Positions 22,481-33,738 of a stretch of 40,246 bases of DNA are shown here, piece by piece (within the stretch, counting starts at the first letter, position 1; each line of letters starts with the position of its first letter). Made by a program: the position numbers and the translations under genes. Below the pieces are notes generated by a model, which was not told the origin of the DNA, searched no databases, and worked only from the letters and a program-made list of their open reading frames with translations. This stretch comes from Thraustochytrium aureum (Eukaryota): contig BLSG01000379.1 in NCBI GenBank assembly GCA_012862495.1, positions 124,211 to 164,456 on the forward strand, in the 5' to 3' direction.

Positions 22481-23964
22481 CTACACCCAATAGGTAACTG
22501 AGGAGCGGCGCGCCTTTGCTTCCAACTTGCGGTGCCCTCCCGGCACGAACGAGTTGGTGAGAATGATTTCGCTCTCCTCCCAGAGCTCAAATGCGTACTC
22601 CCTTCCGCCCGCATTGCCGCCTTGGGGGCTTGCGCGGGCAGTCCTGCTCGCGCGCGTTGCGCGGTCCAAAAGCTGCCGGCTGTCCAGCAGCCGGTTCCGC
22701 AGAATATCGTCGGCACTTTCGTGCAACCGCAGGTCTTTGGGTGCCTGCACAACGTACGCGCCAGGGCCCGTCCTGCGGTAGCGAAGGGGGTTGGCCCCCT
22801 TGCCGGGTTTTCGCTTCACATCCGCGGTCCCGTGATGCGCGGCGGGCCTGGCTCTGTAGTTTTCACGGACGTAAGCGCATGGGGGCCGCGTCTCGTTTGC
22901 TTTGTGTGCAGCTGCCCATCGTCGCCAAATCGACAAGTGCATGCCGCATGAACGCTTGCTCAAGGGCCTGAATTGCCCGTTGCAAGGCCTGGCGTTTGGA
23001 CTCTTGTGCCGCAGCGAGTCTCCACTGGGCGAGTCTTGCGCGAGCCGCGATTCGGAGCGAGATCTTTGCGAATCGATCAGAGCGCCACGCGCTGCGTTGG
23101 AGAGCCGCGCGCCAGCCAAGGGTTTCGCTCAGCCATGCCTGAAGGGCCATCCGGGCCAAGTACTTGCGTCGAAGGAGCTTCAGTCTGTCCGAAGCTGCCG
23201 CGCGCCGCGCCCGAAGCCCCTTGCCAGGCGCCCCAGCACTCGCTTAAGAGCCGCCGCTCAGACGCCGCTGTTCGCCAGTGTCCGAATGCGACTCGCGCGG
23301 GGACCTTGGCGAGCGCTGCAGCGAAGGCCGTCCGCGCCTTGGCCCGCTCAGCGACCGCCGCGCGCCAAGCCCCAAGCACGGCGGCCTGTGCAAGTCTAGC
23401 AAGCTCTGGCAAACCGTCGCTTTGGCAGGCCTGGTCGACGCTGGGGTGCCGCCGCACAGGCTGCTGTGTGTCGCTCGAGCCTTGTTGCGGCGGGCAAGTA
23501 GGCGTTCACATCCTGACACAAAGGCCACGGCTGTCTCGTGGTCGCGACGCCGCTTTTCCCCCAGGAGTCCTCTTTGTCTCAACGTCGCACGAGACCGAGC
23601 AGGCTCGCCGATCCTGCAGCTCGTGCCGGCCAGCTCGAAGCGCGGGGCAGCCCACCCGTGGCCGACCATCCTCTATCTCTCGAGCTCGCCAGCTCAGCTC
23701 CAGCCGCGCGAGCGGTGTCCCTTGCGCTCGCCGAACGGGGCACGCAGTCGCGACATCCGCCGGCTTCCAGTCCTTCTCTCCCTGGCCACCGGCGGCGCCC
23801 GCCAGCAACCCAACGCCATCCACCGGTGTGTCCTGCTCGTCTATTGCGTAACGGTAACATTCCGCTGCCTCACATCCCCTCAACCAAAAACCGGCTGTGA
23901 CTCTCTCCACAAATACACCGTCCAGAGCAAACAGCTTTACACTGTGTAAAACCTCTCCACACAT
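22481..23964 (-). CDS. Putative Sfi1-like (Trp-periodic, Ala/Arg/Leu helical) protein, broken by several frameshifts; could be a pseudogene
   Basis: Joining minus-strand frames at ~23460, CCCC 23217-23220 and ~22937 gives AVLGAWR..., RVAFGHWR..., CWGAWQGL..., MALQAWL..., ARLAQWR..., RHALSIWRRW..., ending at TAG 22481. 5' end uncertain (23669 or farther upstream). Confidence 0.4.
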
Positions 23965-24375
23965 TACGTGAGAGATTCACAATAATGACATTCAAGACCC
24001 AATGTTCTCTCTCTATCTCTCGCCCAGATTCTGAGAGGGAGAAGTGTTGTCTTGAGAGGGAAGGTAATAAATCTTGAACGACTCTTGAACGAAAGTGAGC
24101 CGCCCCTCTCAGCGGTTGGCGGTGCTCACAAGGGCCTCACCACCGCGTTGGACAGACGCGCGAACGATGCACATCCAACCCAATCCAAATGCTCGCAGAC
24201 CCCCAAAGCTGCAGCGTCTTCGCAGCGTAGCGCAAGGCCCCGCAGGCGCTCGCGGCTCGCAGGCGCTTCGGCCGGGAGGCTCGCCTTTTTGCCCGCGCGC
24301 AGCCGCTTGCTGCAGCAGCAGGAGGGAGGGGGGGGGGGCTCGTTTCCGCGCGGGCGAACGGCGGGCGTGGGCGAA

Positions 24376-25344
24376 ATGGCGACGGACTTCGCGAGGCCGG
24401 ACGCGGAGGCGGTCAGCGTTGTGCAGCCGCCGAGCACGGCCGAGCGGGCCGCGGCCGCCGCCGAGATTGAGCAGATGTGGCGAGGTGTGCTCGGGAATGA
24501 GGTGCTCGCGCCGAAACCAGTGCCTGTGTCCACGCGGCTCGGCGCGGCGGGGCAAAAGCGGCTCCGGCAGTCCTTGAAGCAGCGCGTGAAGCTACCCGGA
24601 AAGCCAGCGAGCTCCGCCCGCAGGGACGGCATGGTTCGCTTTGTTGTCGTGTCGGATACGCACGGAAAGCACGAGGAGCTCGGCAGGCTCCCTGATGGCG
24701 ACGTGCTGATCCACTGCGGCGACATCACCACGCAGGGCCAGGCAGAGCAGCTGAGTTACTTTAGCAACTGGATGGCGAGGCAAAGCCAGTTCAAGCACAA
24801 GGTTGTCATTGCCGGCAACCACGATCTCACCCTGGACTGGGAGTTTGTCATCAAGTTTACGCGCGGCGGCGGGGGCGGCTTTATGCGGCAGGTTGACACG
24901 GCGCGGAAGATCATGCAGGATGGAGCGTTCACCTGGTTAGAGCACCAGTCAATCGTCTGCGAGGGATACAAGATCTTTGGCTCGCCCATCTCGCAAGAGT
25001 TTGGACAGTGGGCGTTCATGCGCCGGCCAGGCGCGGAGCTGGACGAGGCGTGGCGGGCGATTCCGGATGACGCGGACATTGTTGTTACGCACGGGCCCGC
25101 ATTTGGAATGCGCGACCTCTGCAAAGGCGGAGCTCGCGCTGGCTGCGTTGATCTTTTGGCGCACGTGCAGGCCCGCGTACGCCCGCTCGTATCGTTGTCG
25201 GGCCACATCCACGAGTCGCAAGGCGCTTGCACGGACGGCCAGACGCTCTTCATCAACGCGAGTTCGCTGTCGAGCCGCTACGTGCCGAGCGGCTCGCGGG
25301 TGCACGTCTTTGACCTCCCGCGCCGGGACTTTTTCAGCGCTTGA
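24376..25344 (+). CDS. Calcineurin-like metallophosphoesterase, MPPED1/2 (239FB) type
   Basis: Motifs VVSDTH, IHCGD, VIAGNHD, VTHGP and SGHIHE, plus GCVDLLAHVQARVRP. ATG 24376 chosen as likely start. Confidence 0.9.
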   Translation: MATDFARPDAEAVSVVQPPSTAERAAAAAEIEQMWRGVLGNEVLAPKPVPVSTRLGAAGQKRLRQSLKQRVKLPGKPASSARRDGMVRFVVVSDTHGKHEELGRLPDGDVLIHCGDITTQGQAEQLSYFSNWMARQSQFKHKVVIAGNHDLTLDWEFVIKFTRGGGGGFMRQVDTARKIMQDGAFTWLEHQSIVCEGYKIFGSPISQEFGQWAFMRRPGAELDEAWRAIPDDADIVVTHGPAFGMRDLCKGGARAGCVDLLAHVQARVRPLVSLSGHIHESQGACTDGQTLFINASSLSSRYVPSGSRVHVFDLPRRDFFSA

Positions 25345-26035
25345 CGCACGGCCGTCAGACACCAGTCATGCGATGAACCCGCCGTGAGAGGTCCGAGAAC
25401 CCTTGTCCGCGCCCACGGCGGCGGATCCGGGTTCAATCTCGCTCCGGACGTGCCTGCGTTCCTTGATCCAGCTTTGGGTTGACGACAGCGAGGCTCCGTG
25501 GCCACTTTTTCACATTTCAGCGCGGCTCCTGGCCAACCCGCCATGTGCGTCCGCCCGCGATCCATCGCGCACTCGCGCAAATTGTAAACTCTAAACAAAT
25601 AACAAGTGCGAGTGCGCTGATTGATGAGTCTGCGAGTGTTTTCCCTTCCGTGAGGTCGGTCACCCACCACCGTCTCCAAAACGAGCCGCCACGTGTATTA
25701 CTCTAGCTAGCTCGCTGTGTGTGGAGTGAGCGCCGTCTGCCCCTTGCGCACGTCGACGAGCATCGATCGCACTGCCGCGATGGCTGGAGGCGAAATGACG
25801 GAATGCGCCAGTGGCCCACGTCGGATCTCCTCGCATGCCCAGCACCATGCAGCATCCACCAGATGCTCGCTCCACATTCACCATGGCATAGGCCAATGCC
25901 ACGGCGCGCAAGGCAACTCCACTGGCCACTGGCTTGCTTGCTTGCGCCGCGAACGAATACCTTGTTCTCCCTCCCGTTTGCTGGCCGGCTCCGTCAGAGC
26001 GCCTCCAAGCCTCGAACGAACGAACACCCCGCGAC

Positions 26036-26135
26036 CCAGCCAGCAGCCAGCCAGCCAGCAGCCAGCCAGCAGCCTGCCTGTCGTGCTTGCCAGCCGTGTT
26101 GCTTGCCAGCCGTGTTGCTTGGCTTGCTTGCCTGC
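26036..26135. repeat. (CCAG/CAG)n and (GCTT)n compound microsatellite
   Basis: CCAGCCAGCAGCCAGCCAG... followed by GCTTGCCAGCCGTGTT twice and GCTT runs. Confidence 0.85.
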
Positions 26136-26195
26136 CGGCAGCGGGCGGCTGGGGCGTCGGACGAGGCGTGGATTGCGCTGGCGGGGGAGACGTTG

Positions 26196-27532
26196 ATGGT
26201 GGCGGGCGCCAGGCGAGTCGGCCACATCCCGCGCGTCAACGCGGGGCTCCTGAGCGCGAAGCGGGCGGACCGNNNNNNNNNNNNNNNNNNNNNNNNNNNN
26301 NNNNNNNNNNNNNNNNNNNNNNNNNNNNNNNNNNNNNNNNNNNNNNNNNNNNNNNNNNNNNNNNNNNNNNNNNNNNNNNNNNNNNNNNNNNNNNNNNNNN
26401 NNNNNNNNNNNNNNNNNNNNNNNNNNNNNNNNNNNNNNNNNNNNNNNNNNNNNNNNNNNNNNNNNNNNNNNNNNNNNNNNNNNNNNNNNNNNNNNNNNNN
26501 NNNNNNNNNNNNNNNNNNNNNNNNNNNNNNNNNNNNNNNNNNNNNNNNNNNNNNNNNNNNNNNNNNNNNNNNNNNNNNNNNNNNNNNNNNNNNNNNNNNN
26601 NNNNNNNNNNNNNNNNNNNNNNNNNNTCCAAGAAAAAGAAAGTGAGCGCGTTCAACAAGCTGGCAGTTGGCGCCTCGCAGCTGCTCCCGGCCCTCAGGTC
26701 GGAGCTGCTGGGCCTGGCCTCCGACCTGAAGGCCGAGCCGGTCCAGACTGGCAAGCGCGTCGGGCGAAAGCTGTGCGTGTACGTGCTGCTGTTTTGCGCG
26801 CTGGCGGGGCTCTCGAGCCTGCTGGGCTTCGGCTCGCTTGTCTCGAGCAGCTCTGGCGCTTCGGGCCAGCGCTCGCTCATGGGCGGCCTACTGGGCGGGT
26901 GGTCCGAACCCAGCGGATCGAAAGCCCCGGAGGTTGTGGTCGACTCTGACGGAAACGTAGAGACAATCAGCGGTGACGGAGGCACGGGCGAAGAAACCGA
27001 AGAGATTCCAGAGATGGTCGGCTTCGAGTTGAAAAAGTCGAACAAAGTCAACAAGGCCAAGGAGAAGCAGCTGGCCTGCGTGGAGCTCGAATGCAACGTG
27101 GCTTGCAACAAGAAGATCAACCCAAAGTGCGCCGCGAAGAAGACGTGCAAGGCGGACCGCGAGAAGATTTGCAAGCGGCGCTGCCTCAAGGCGCGCTGCG
27201 AAGAGCGCTGCAAGGATGAGCCAAAGTACGGCTACGTGGAGCGCGAGCAAAAGATGGACAAGTGCAAAGAGGGCTGCCAAGGCAGCACTGCCCAGCACAA
27301 CAAGTGCATCAAAAAGTGCCACAGCGAGTTCAAGCCTTGCAAGTCGCGCTGCCACGAGATTTCGATGAAGTTCCAGTGTGACGCTGCCAAGGATATGTCG
27401 AGCTCCTTGATAGGGAGCGACGAGGACGAGGCTCCCTCGCCCGCGCGCAAGTCACTCAAAGGGACTGAGAAGCTTATCGAGGAGTCCGCCGATGAAGCCG
27501 CTGAGGCCGACTTTGACGACGAGGTTATTTGA
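26196..27532 (+). CDS. Single-pass membrane protein with a Lys/Cys-rich (CX3C) domain and acidic tail
   Basis: After gap 26273-26626: hydrophobic KLCVYVLLFCALAGLSSLLGFGSLV, then 16 Cys with six CX3C pairs, then stop at 27532. Start at 26196 (MVAGARRVGHIP) is a guess across the gap. Confidence 0.7.
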
Positions 27533-28108
27533 GCCGTCTACGTGCGCGCTCGTCAACTGCGCGCCCGCCCGTCGGCGCCAGTGGGTCGATGCATCTGCAC
27601 TCGCGTATGTAGCAAACACCCGGCACGAACTTCAGTTCGGCCGTGTGGCCGGGAGTCGTGTACGAAAGCCCGTATGGCCGTCGTTGTTTTGGGGAGGTGG
27701 GTGGGGTGCGTAGGCAGAATTATGTAGTGATTGGGAGCTTTCTTTGACTTTGTTTCCTGCGCGGCCCGCTCGGGCGTGCCGAACTTAAAGCAACCAAACG
27801 CAAAAAAACACTTGGTAGAAACTCTTTGGACTTGTGTTTTCGCGAAAGGCAACGTGGTTCGAGCTNNNNNNNNNNNNNNNNNNNNNNNNNNNNNNNNNNN
27901 NNNNNNNNNNNNNNNNNNNNNNNNNNNNNNNNNNNNNNNNNNNNNNNNNNNNNNNNNNNNNNNNNNNNNNNNNNNNNNNNNNNGGCTCGCGAGCTTGAGG
28001 CGCGAGCCTTGAGGCCGGAGATGGGCTTGGCACGGCCCAGCTGCCTTGGGCCTCCACTCAGTCGACGACCCGGCCGACTTTGGCGCCGAGGCTGCATCAT
28101 ATGCTCCG

Positions 28109-28180
28109 AGCAACGCGGGCTGATAAGCAAGCAACGTGGGGTGGAAGCAACGCGGTTGAAAGCAACGCTGGGTGAAAGCG
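28109..28180. repeat. Short degenerate direct repeats AGCAACGYGG
   Basis: Four AGCAACG copies spaced ~15-21 bp in intergenic DNA. Confidence 0.6.
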
Positions 28181-28708
28181 GCTCTAGGGCTCTGGCCCTT
28201 GCTAAGCAACTCGCGCGCCCACCCCACCCGCTCAAGAAAAAAACTCCAGTGCACCACTGGAACACTGGCAGACAGCGCTCCCCGCGCACGACCAATTGAC
28301 AACCTCGACCTCATCCATGCAGTCTTCGTTGGACTCGGCCCGCGACAACTCCGGAGCAAACGCCAAGGTGGTCTCCAAAACGACTCACCCCGCGACCGCA
28401 TACTTGGCCCATCCGCTTCGCGTCCCAGCCGCCACCACCGCCGCTCTGCACGCCGCTTACAGACACGGTGCGCCCGTGCGGCTGTACACCGTCGCAGCAA
28501 CGCTCGCGCGAGAGAAAGGAGCTCTACACTTTTCAACTCGTGACGCAAGGCCTTGGACGAGAGGATCGGCACGGCATTGCACGATCTGCCGAGTGGCGTG
28601 GAAAGGATCTCGGCGTGGCCGGGGCAGGTCCTGGAGCGCTCGGGCGCTCGGGCGCGCGGCGGCTGTGGCGCGCGGCGGCCCTGGAGCGCGGCCGCGGGCC
28701 GCGTCAGG

Positions 28709-29092
28709 ATGCGCGCGCAAAACGGCCTCGTGGTGTTCGTGACAGGCGTCCTTGCGGCAACCGCGTATCTCGCTTGGCTGTTCGCGCCGGCTGCGGCCAA
28801 GCTTGCCGGCTCGGCTTGGACAGAGCAGCTCGGGATCGACAGGTGGCCGGACGTGTATTTTGCACTGGCCACGCCGCTCGCGGTCGCGGTCGCACTGCTC
28901 GCCGTTATGGTGCTGTACGGGCTCGCGAATATTGCGCAAGCGCCGGAGGCGCACGACTTGCGCACTTTGGTGGACTCGCACGGGGCAGCGCGGCGCCGCG
29001 TGCACGGTGGGGCTTGGAGCGACATGAAGCGAGACACGCCGTTTGTGAACGACATGTCGGCGCGCCAGGTCAGCGAGTTGCTGTACCAATGA
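28709..29092 (+). CDS. PIGP: GPI-GlcNAc transferase subunit PIG-P (GPI19), 127 aa
   Basis: Two TM segments with AYLAWLFAP...LGIDRWPDVYFALATP...LYGLAN...LRTLVD...PFVNDMSARQVSELLY, the PIG-P pattern. Confidence 0.85.
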   Translation: MRAQNGLVVFVTGVLAATAYLAWLFAPAAAKLAGSAWTEQLGIDRWPDVYFALATPLAVAVALLAVMVLYGLANIAQAPEAHDLRTLVDSHGAARRRVHGGAWSDMKRDTPFVNDMSARQVSELLYQ

Positions 29093-29295
29093 ACACGACG
29101 CTGCGCTTCGGCTCCCGAACCGCAGAAGAGCAAAAAAACAAAAGCGGGCTTCTCCTTTGTTGCGTGCGACGGCCGGCTACCGGCACCACTACTCTCCACC
29201 GGGTGCCCTACAAGGTCCGTCCAGCGCTCGAGGGCGGGCCTCTCCGGCGGCCCGCCGCAGCGGGTCACGCGCTACCTGGAGCGGGGCACCTGCTG

Positions 29296-30309
29296 CTAGC
29301 TTGACCGCAGCTTGGCCAGGTTGGCCTGCATGGTCTCCATGTTGGCCGCAATGCCCTCCTTCAAATTCACGAGCAACTCGCGGTCCAGCCTTGCTGCGTC
29401 CGCGACGTCGGCCAGCGTGACGTCCACGCCATCGAGTCGCGCATGAACGTTGGCGTTGTGCTGGTGGATCTCTTGCACAACGCGGAGCCGCTCGATGAGC
29501 GCAGGGATCGTCGCAGCGACCCCGTCACAACGGTCGATCTTGTCAACTACAGCCTGGAGGTCGACCTCTGAAGACAGGGCGGCGGAGGCGCTCGCGCCCG
29601 AGGAGGCCACGGTGCTCGAACTTCGTCGCTGTCGCAGCTTGGCGAGCTCGTCCACGTTGGTGCTCAGGGTTTTGGCTTTTTGGGCCAGAATCGAAAGCCG
29701 CCCCTCGTCGAGCAGTCCGAGCTTCCTCTCCAGCTCGGCCACGGCGTCCGTGAGAGGGCGGGACGTCGCAGGGCCGGGCGCGGCTGGATCGAGCCCCAAG
29801 ATCCCCTCGAGCCTGGCTACGTGCAGCGCGAGCTCGTCGCCGGCGCCAGCGCGCGGGGCGCTGTCGCCAGCGCGGTTGTAGAAGAGCTCGTAGGTGACCG
29901 ACCCGGTGCCCTGTGGCGCGGACTGGGCGACCTTGAGCCGCTCGCGCAGTTCNNNNNNNNNNNNNNNNNNNNNNNNNNNNNNNNNNNNNNNNNNNNNNNN
30001 NNNNNNNNNNNNNNNNNNNNNNNNNNNNNNNNNNNNNNNNNNNNNNNNNNNNNNNNNNNNNNNNNNNNNNNNNNNNNNNNNNNNNNNNNNNNNNNNNNNN
30101 NNNNNNNNNNNNNNNNNNNNNNNNNNNNNNNNNNNNNNNNNNNNNNNNNNNNNNNNNNNNNNNNNNNNNNNNNNNNNNNNNNNNNNNNNNNNNNNNNNNN
30201 NNNNNNNNNNNNNNNNNNNNNNNNNNNNNNNNNNNNNNNNNNNNNNNNNNNNNNNNNNNNNNNNNNNNNNNNNNNNGGTTGTTGTTGCAATAGAAGGGCA
30301 GATCGCCAT
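29296..30309 (-). CDS. DCTN2: Dynactin subunit 2 (p50, dynamitin)
   Basis: VTYELFY...VARLEGILG...LERKLGLLD...IPALIERLRVVQEIH...MQANLAKL coiled-coil pattern in 29952-29296. The 5' part lies in gap 29953-30276; ATG 30309 is tentative. Confidence 0.85.
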   Translation of the reverse strand: MAICPSIATTTXXXXXXXXXXXXXXXXXXXXXXXXXXXXXXXXXXXXXXXXXXXXXXXXXXXXXXXXXXXXXXXXXXXXXXXXXXXXXXXXXXXXXXXXXXXXXXXXXXXXXXXXXXXXELRERLKVAQSAPQGTGSVTYELFYNRAGDSAPRAGAGDELALHVARLEGILGLDPAAPGPATSRPLTDAVAELERKLGLLDEGRLSILAQKAKTLSTNVDELAKLRQRRSSSTVASSGASASAALSSEVDLQAVVDKIDRCDGVAATIPALIERLRVVQEIHQHNANVHARLDGVDVTLADVADAARLDRELLVNLKEGIAANMETMQANLAKLRSS

Positions 30310-30592
30310 TGCAGCGCGCGAGAGCAGCGGCGGCAGCAGCAGCGGCGCGGGAAGTGGCGGCGGCGGCGGCGGCGGCGGGGAGACGCAGTGTTTCGCGGCT
30401 TTTGGCGCGCGCGCGAGGCGCGGTTTTTGTTTGGCGTCGGCTGGGGCCCGGCTGGGACCTGGTCGACGCGAAGGGCGCGCTCGCTGACCACCTGGTTGCA
30501 CACGCGACGCGCCACCCGTCCCTCCCCGCCGCGGTGAGCGCGGGCTGGCCGGCGTGGAGCTGGGCAGGCGCTTGAGGAAGCCGCGGGAGGCG

Positions 30593-33263
30593 ATGGGGAA
30601 TAAGGTGAATAAACTGAATCGGGGCTCCAGCAAGACGGAGGAGGGCGGCGGGACGCCGCGCGAGAAGCAAAGCTCGAAGAAGCGCGCGGACAAGGGCTCC
30701 AGCAGAGGAGGCGGGCGCGGCTCGCCGCGGAATGCGGAAGGCGCGCACCAGCGCATCCCGTCCTCGCCGTCTTCGCTCTCAAGCAACAGGTCGCCTTACT
30801 GGGAACGCGCTCGTCTCGGCGACTCGGACGCCTCGGACGAGGGCGAGCGGCCACCCGCAAAGTCGCCCAGCCGCAACAAGAAGAAGGACGAGGGCGAGCA
30901 GGCCGCAGGCCGCCACGGCAAGGAACGCCAAGGGCGGAGCGACAAGGAGCGGCCCGCAGGCGGCAAGGGGGCATCGAGCGACGACGACGCGGAGGGCTTT
31001 GGCGCGCGCGCCGCAAGCCCCAGCCCGAAGAGGCGTGACCCCAAAAACAGGTCGAGCACCGATCGCCCCGCAAAGAGCAGGGCCAGCACCGACCGCAGCC
31101 GCGCAAGCGACAAGCGGCGTGACGCGGGTCCCGCCGCCGGCCCCAAAAAGGACCAAGTGGAGGAGGAGGACAAGGCGGCAGACGCGAGCGACGTGCACCC
31201 AGCAGCAGCCGCCATCATGGCCTTCAAGCAGAGCCAGACTGCAAGCCAAACAAGCGAAAAGGCGCCAGCCGTGGGGCGCCCTGCAAGTCCCGCCGCCGCG
31301 GGCGACCGCCCGCACCCGACCGCAGCCGCCTTCACTGCTATGTTGGCAGCTCGGGCCACACCGTCCTCGGGGCCCGAGGGCGGCGCTGGCGGAGAGCACC
31401 CGCTGGCGGCTGCGCTAAAGTCTTCCAGAAGCGCCGCGAGCGACGGGCCGCCAGCCAGTCCGTTTGGGCTGCGCCCGGTCTTCAAGGCGGGCGACTTCGA
31501 GAAGGCAAAGCTCAACCGGACAGGGTCGCCAACGGGCGGGAGCAGGGCAGCCCCCGACGCGCGCGCGCCGAGCGAAGCCGGGGCGCGTGCGAGCATGGAC
31601 GAGGTCCGGCAGCAGGCCATCACCGACGCCAAAAGGTGCAGCAAAGAAGCGACGGAGATTTACCCCTTCCTGCGCGTGAGCGGAGACTGGGTGGCGCGGA
31701 ACAAGGAGCTGCTGCGCGAGTCGGGCGTCACGCACGTGCTCAACATGGCCCACACCGTGTGTCGCAACTACCACGAGGAGAGCGGCGAGTTCGAGTACCT
31801 GGCGCTGGACGTGATTGACAGCGCGAACGAGTCCATCAGCCCTTCTTGCTCGAGGCGATCGTGTTTATCGAAAAGGCGCGCAAGAAAGGCGGCTGCTGCT
31901 ATGTGCACTGCCACATGGGCGTCTCGCGCTCCTGCACCGTCGTGATCGCGTACGTGATGCTGCGAGACAAGATGAGCTTTAAAGACGCGTTTGACCTCGT
32001 CAAGGGCAAGCGCCCCGTGTGCAGCCCCAACGCGGGCTTTCTCGGCCAACTGCAAGCCTGGGAAAAGACGCTACGCACATGCCCGAGCAGCCGCAGCTCT
32101 ACCGCGTCGCGCCGCACTCGCAAAAGGACCCCGCTCTCGTGGTCAAGCTGTGCGTGAGCGCCGAGGACGCCACCACCGCGGCGGTGGCCCACCCGAACGA
32201 GCTTGACGCTCGCGGCCTCTTCCTCTTGCACGACTTCGCCAAGCGCAAGTTTTACCTCTGGGTTGGGCCGCGCTGTCTTGACCCCAAGGCCTACGAGAAG
32301 GCCGCNNNNNNNNNNNNNNNNNNNNNNNNNNNNNNNNNNNNNNNNNNNNNNNNNNNNNNNNNNNNNNNNNNNNNNNNNNNNNNNNNNNNNNNNNNNNNNN
32401 NNNNNNNNNNNNNNNNNNNNNNNNNNNNNNNNNNNNNNNNNNNNNNNNNNNNNNNNNNNNNNNNNNNNNNNNNNNNNNNNNNNNNNNNNNNNNNNNNNNN
32501 NNNNNNNNNNNNNNNNNNNNNNNNNNNNNNNNNNNNNNNNNNNNNNNNNNNNNNNNNNNNNNNNNNGAGCGGCGGCACCGAGTACAGCAAGGCCTTTTGG
32601 GTTGCGCTTGGCGTGGACGAGCGCGACGCCGCCGAGATGACCGACGCGGACGTCGACCAGGACATCGCAAAGTACAACGCTGAATACTCCAGCAAGCCGA
32701 CCATCGACACGGCTGCCGCGCAGAGCGCGTCGGGCCCCCAAAGCGCGCGAGGTTTGCACTCGAAGAAATCAAACGGCGCCGGACCAAGTACGCCAGGAAG
32801 CAGCCGCCGAGTGGCCTCGCCTGCCTCCTCCGGCTCGGGCCGCTCTGCGTCCAAAAACAGCAAGCTTAAGGTGCTGCTCTTCGGCTGGGTCGACGAGCAA
32901 GAGAGTGACATCGATCTGGACAACGACGACGAGGACGCGGAACCCGACCCTGGTGACGAGTGGGACCGCAACCGTAACTACGATGTGGACGACCTGGTCT
33001 CCGAGTCGATGTTTGTGCTTCTCGTGCACGACCGCGAGCTGGCCAAGAAGAGCGGCCAGGGTCGTCGAACGATCCACAAGGCCTACGTTTGGATTGGCTC
33101 CGGGCTGGAGGGCCGCCTTAACGAGCAGGCCGGCGTGGACAAGGCGCAGGCCTTTGTGGACTATTGCTGCCAGAAGGCAAAGTCGGGTACCATCAAGGTC
33201 ACCGTGGAGCACGACGAAAAGGAGTCGCCCGCGTTCTGGGAGGCCTTTGAGGCGGGGTTTTAG
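30593..33263 (+). CDS. MAP kinase phosphatase, plant MKP1-like (dual-specificity phosphatase plus gelsolin repeats)
   Basis: MGNK start; long disordered region; GVTHVLN and VHCHMGVSRS (CX5R); SPNAGFLGQL; LYRVAPHS...LDARGLFLL...YLWVG; AYVWIGS...ESPAFWEAF. Missing C at CCC 31840-31842 and CCC 32082-32084; gap 32306-32566. Confidence 0.88.
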
Positions 33264-33345
33264 CTGTCAGTGATTTGTACTGTCGCTGGGCTTGTTCAAG
33301 TGCTGTTCTGCAGCGTCAAGTTCTTGAGCGCCGGTTGTGTGTGTT

Positions 33346-33405
33346 TGTTGCGTTGCGTTGCGTTGCGTTGCGCTGGGTGGGTCGTTCTGGCTGGCTGGCT
33401 GGCTG
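33346..33405. repeat. (GTTGC)n and (GGCT)n microsatellites in the 3' intergenic region
   Basis: GTTGC x5 then GGCT x4-5. Confidence 0.9.
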
Positions 33406-33738
33406 GCCATGGCCATGGCTTCTATTGATAGACCGGTCATGCTCTAGCTCTAGAGTTGTTAAAGTGTTCAGACAAGTGAGTACCGTGTGTGTTTTTGATT
33501 TTGTTTTTCGGGAGTTCTCACGATTCGAACCAAACCACAACTACGACACCCTGCATGGCGCCCGGCGACGGGGGGCTCTGTATGCTGACGGCACGTCTGC
33601 TTCGGGGGCGAGCAGAATCGACGTGCCTCGCCAGGTCGCGAAGCGCAGTAAACTCCAGCAGCGCCACCAAGGGACACCACGGCACCAACATCGATAACAC
33701 ATTGAGAAATACACCCAGGCAGCCCCCGTACGCTTGAC

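Noticed and set aside
27810..27865. TTGGTAGA...GGTTCGAG resembling tRNA D and T loops
   Set aside because: No acceptor or anticodon stem can be formed; truncated by the gap.
27553..29268. 571-aa minus-strand ORF
   Set aside because: Antisense to PIG-P, spans an N gap, and has no recognisable motif.
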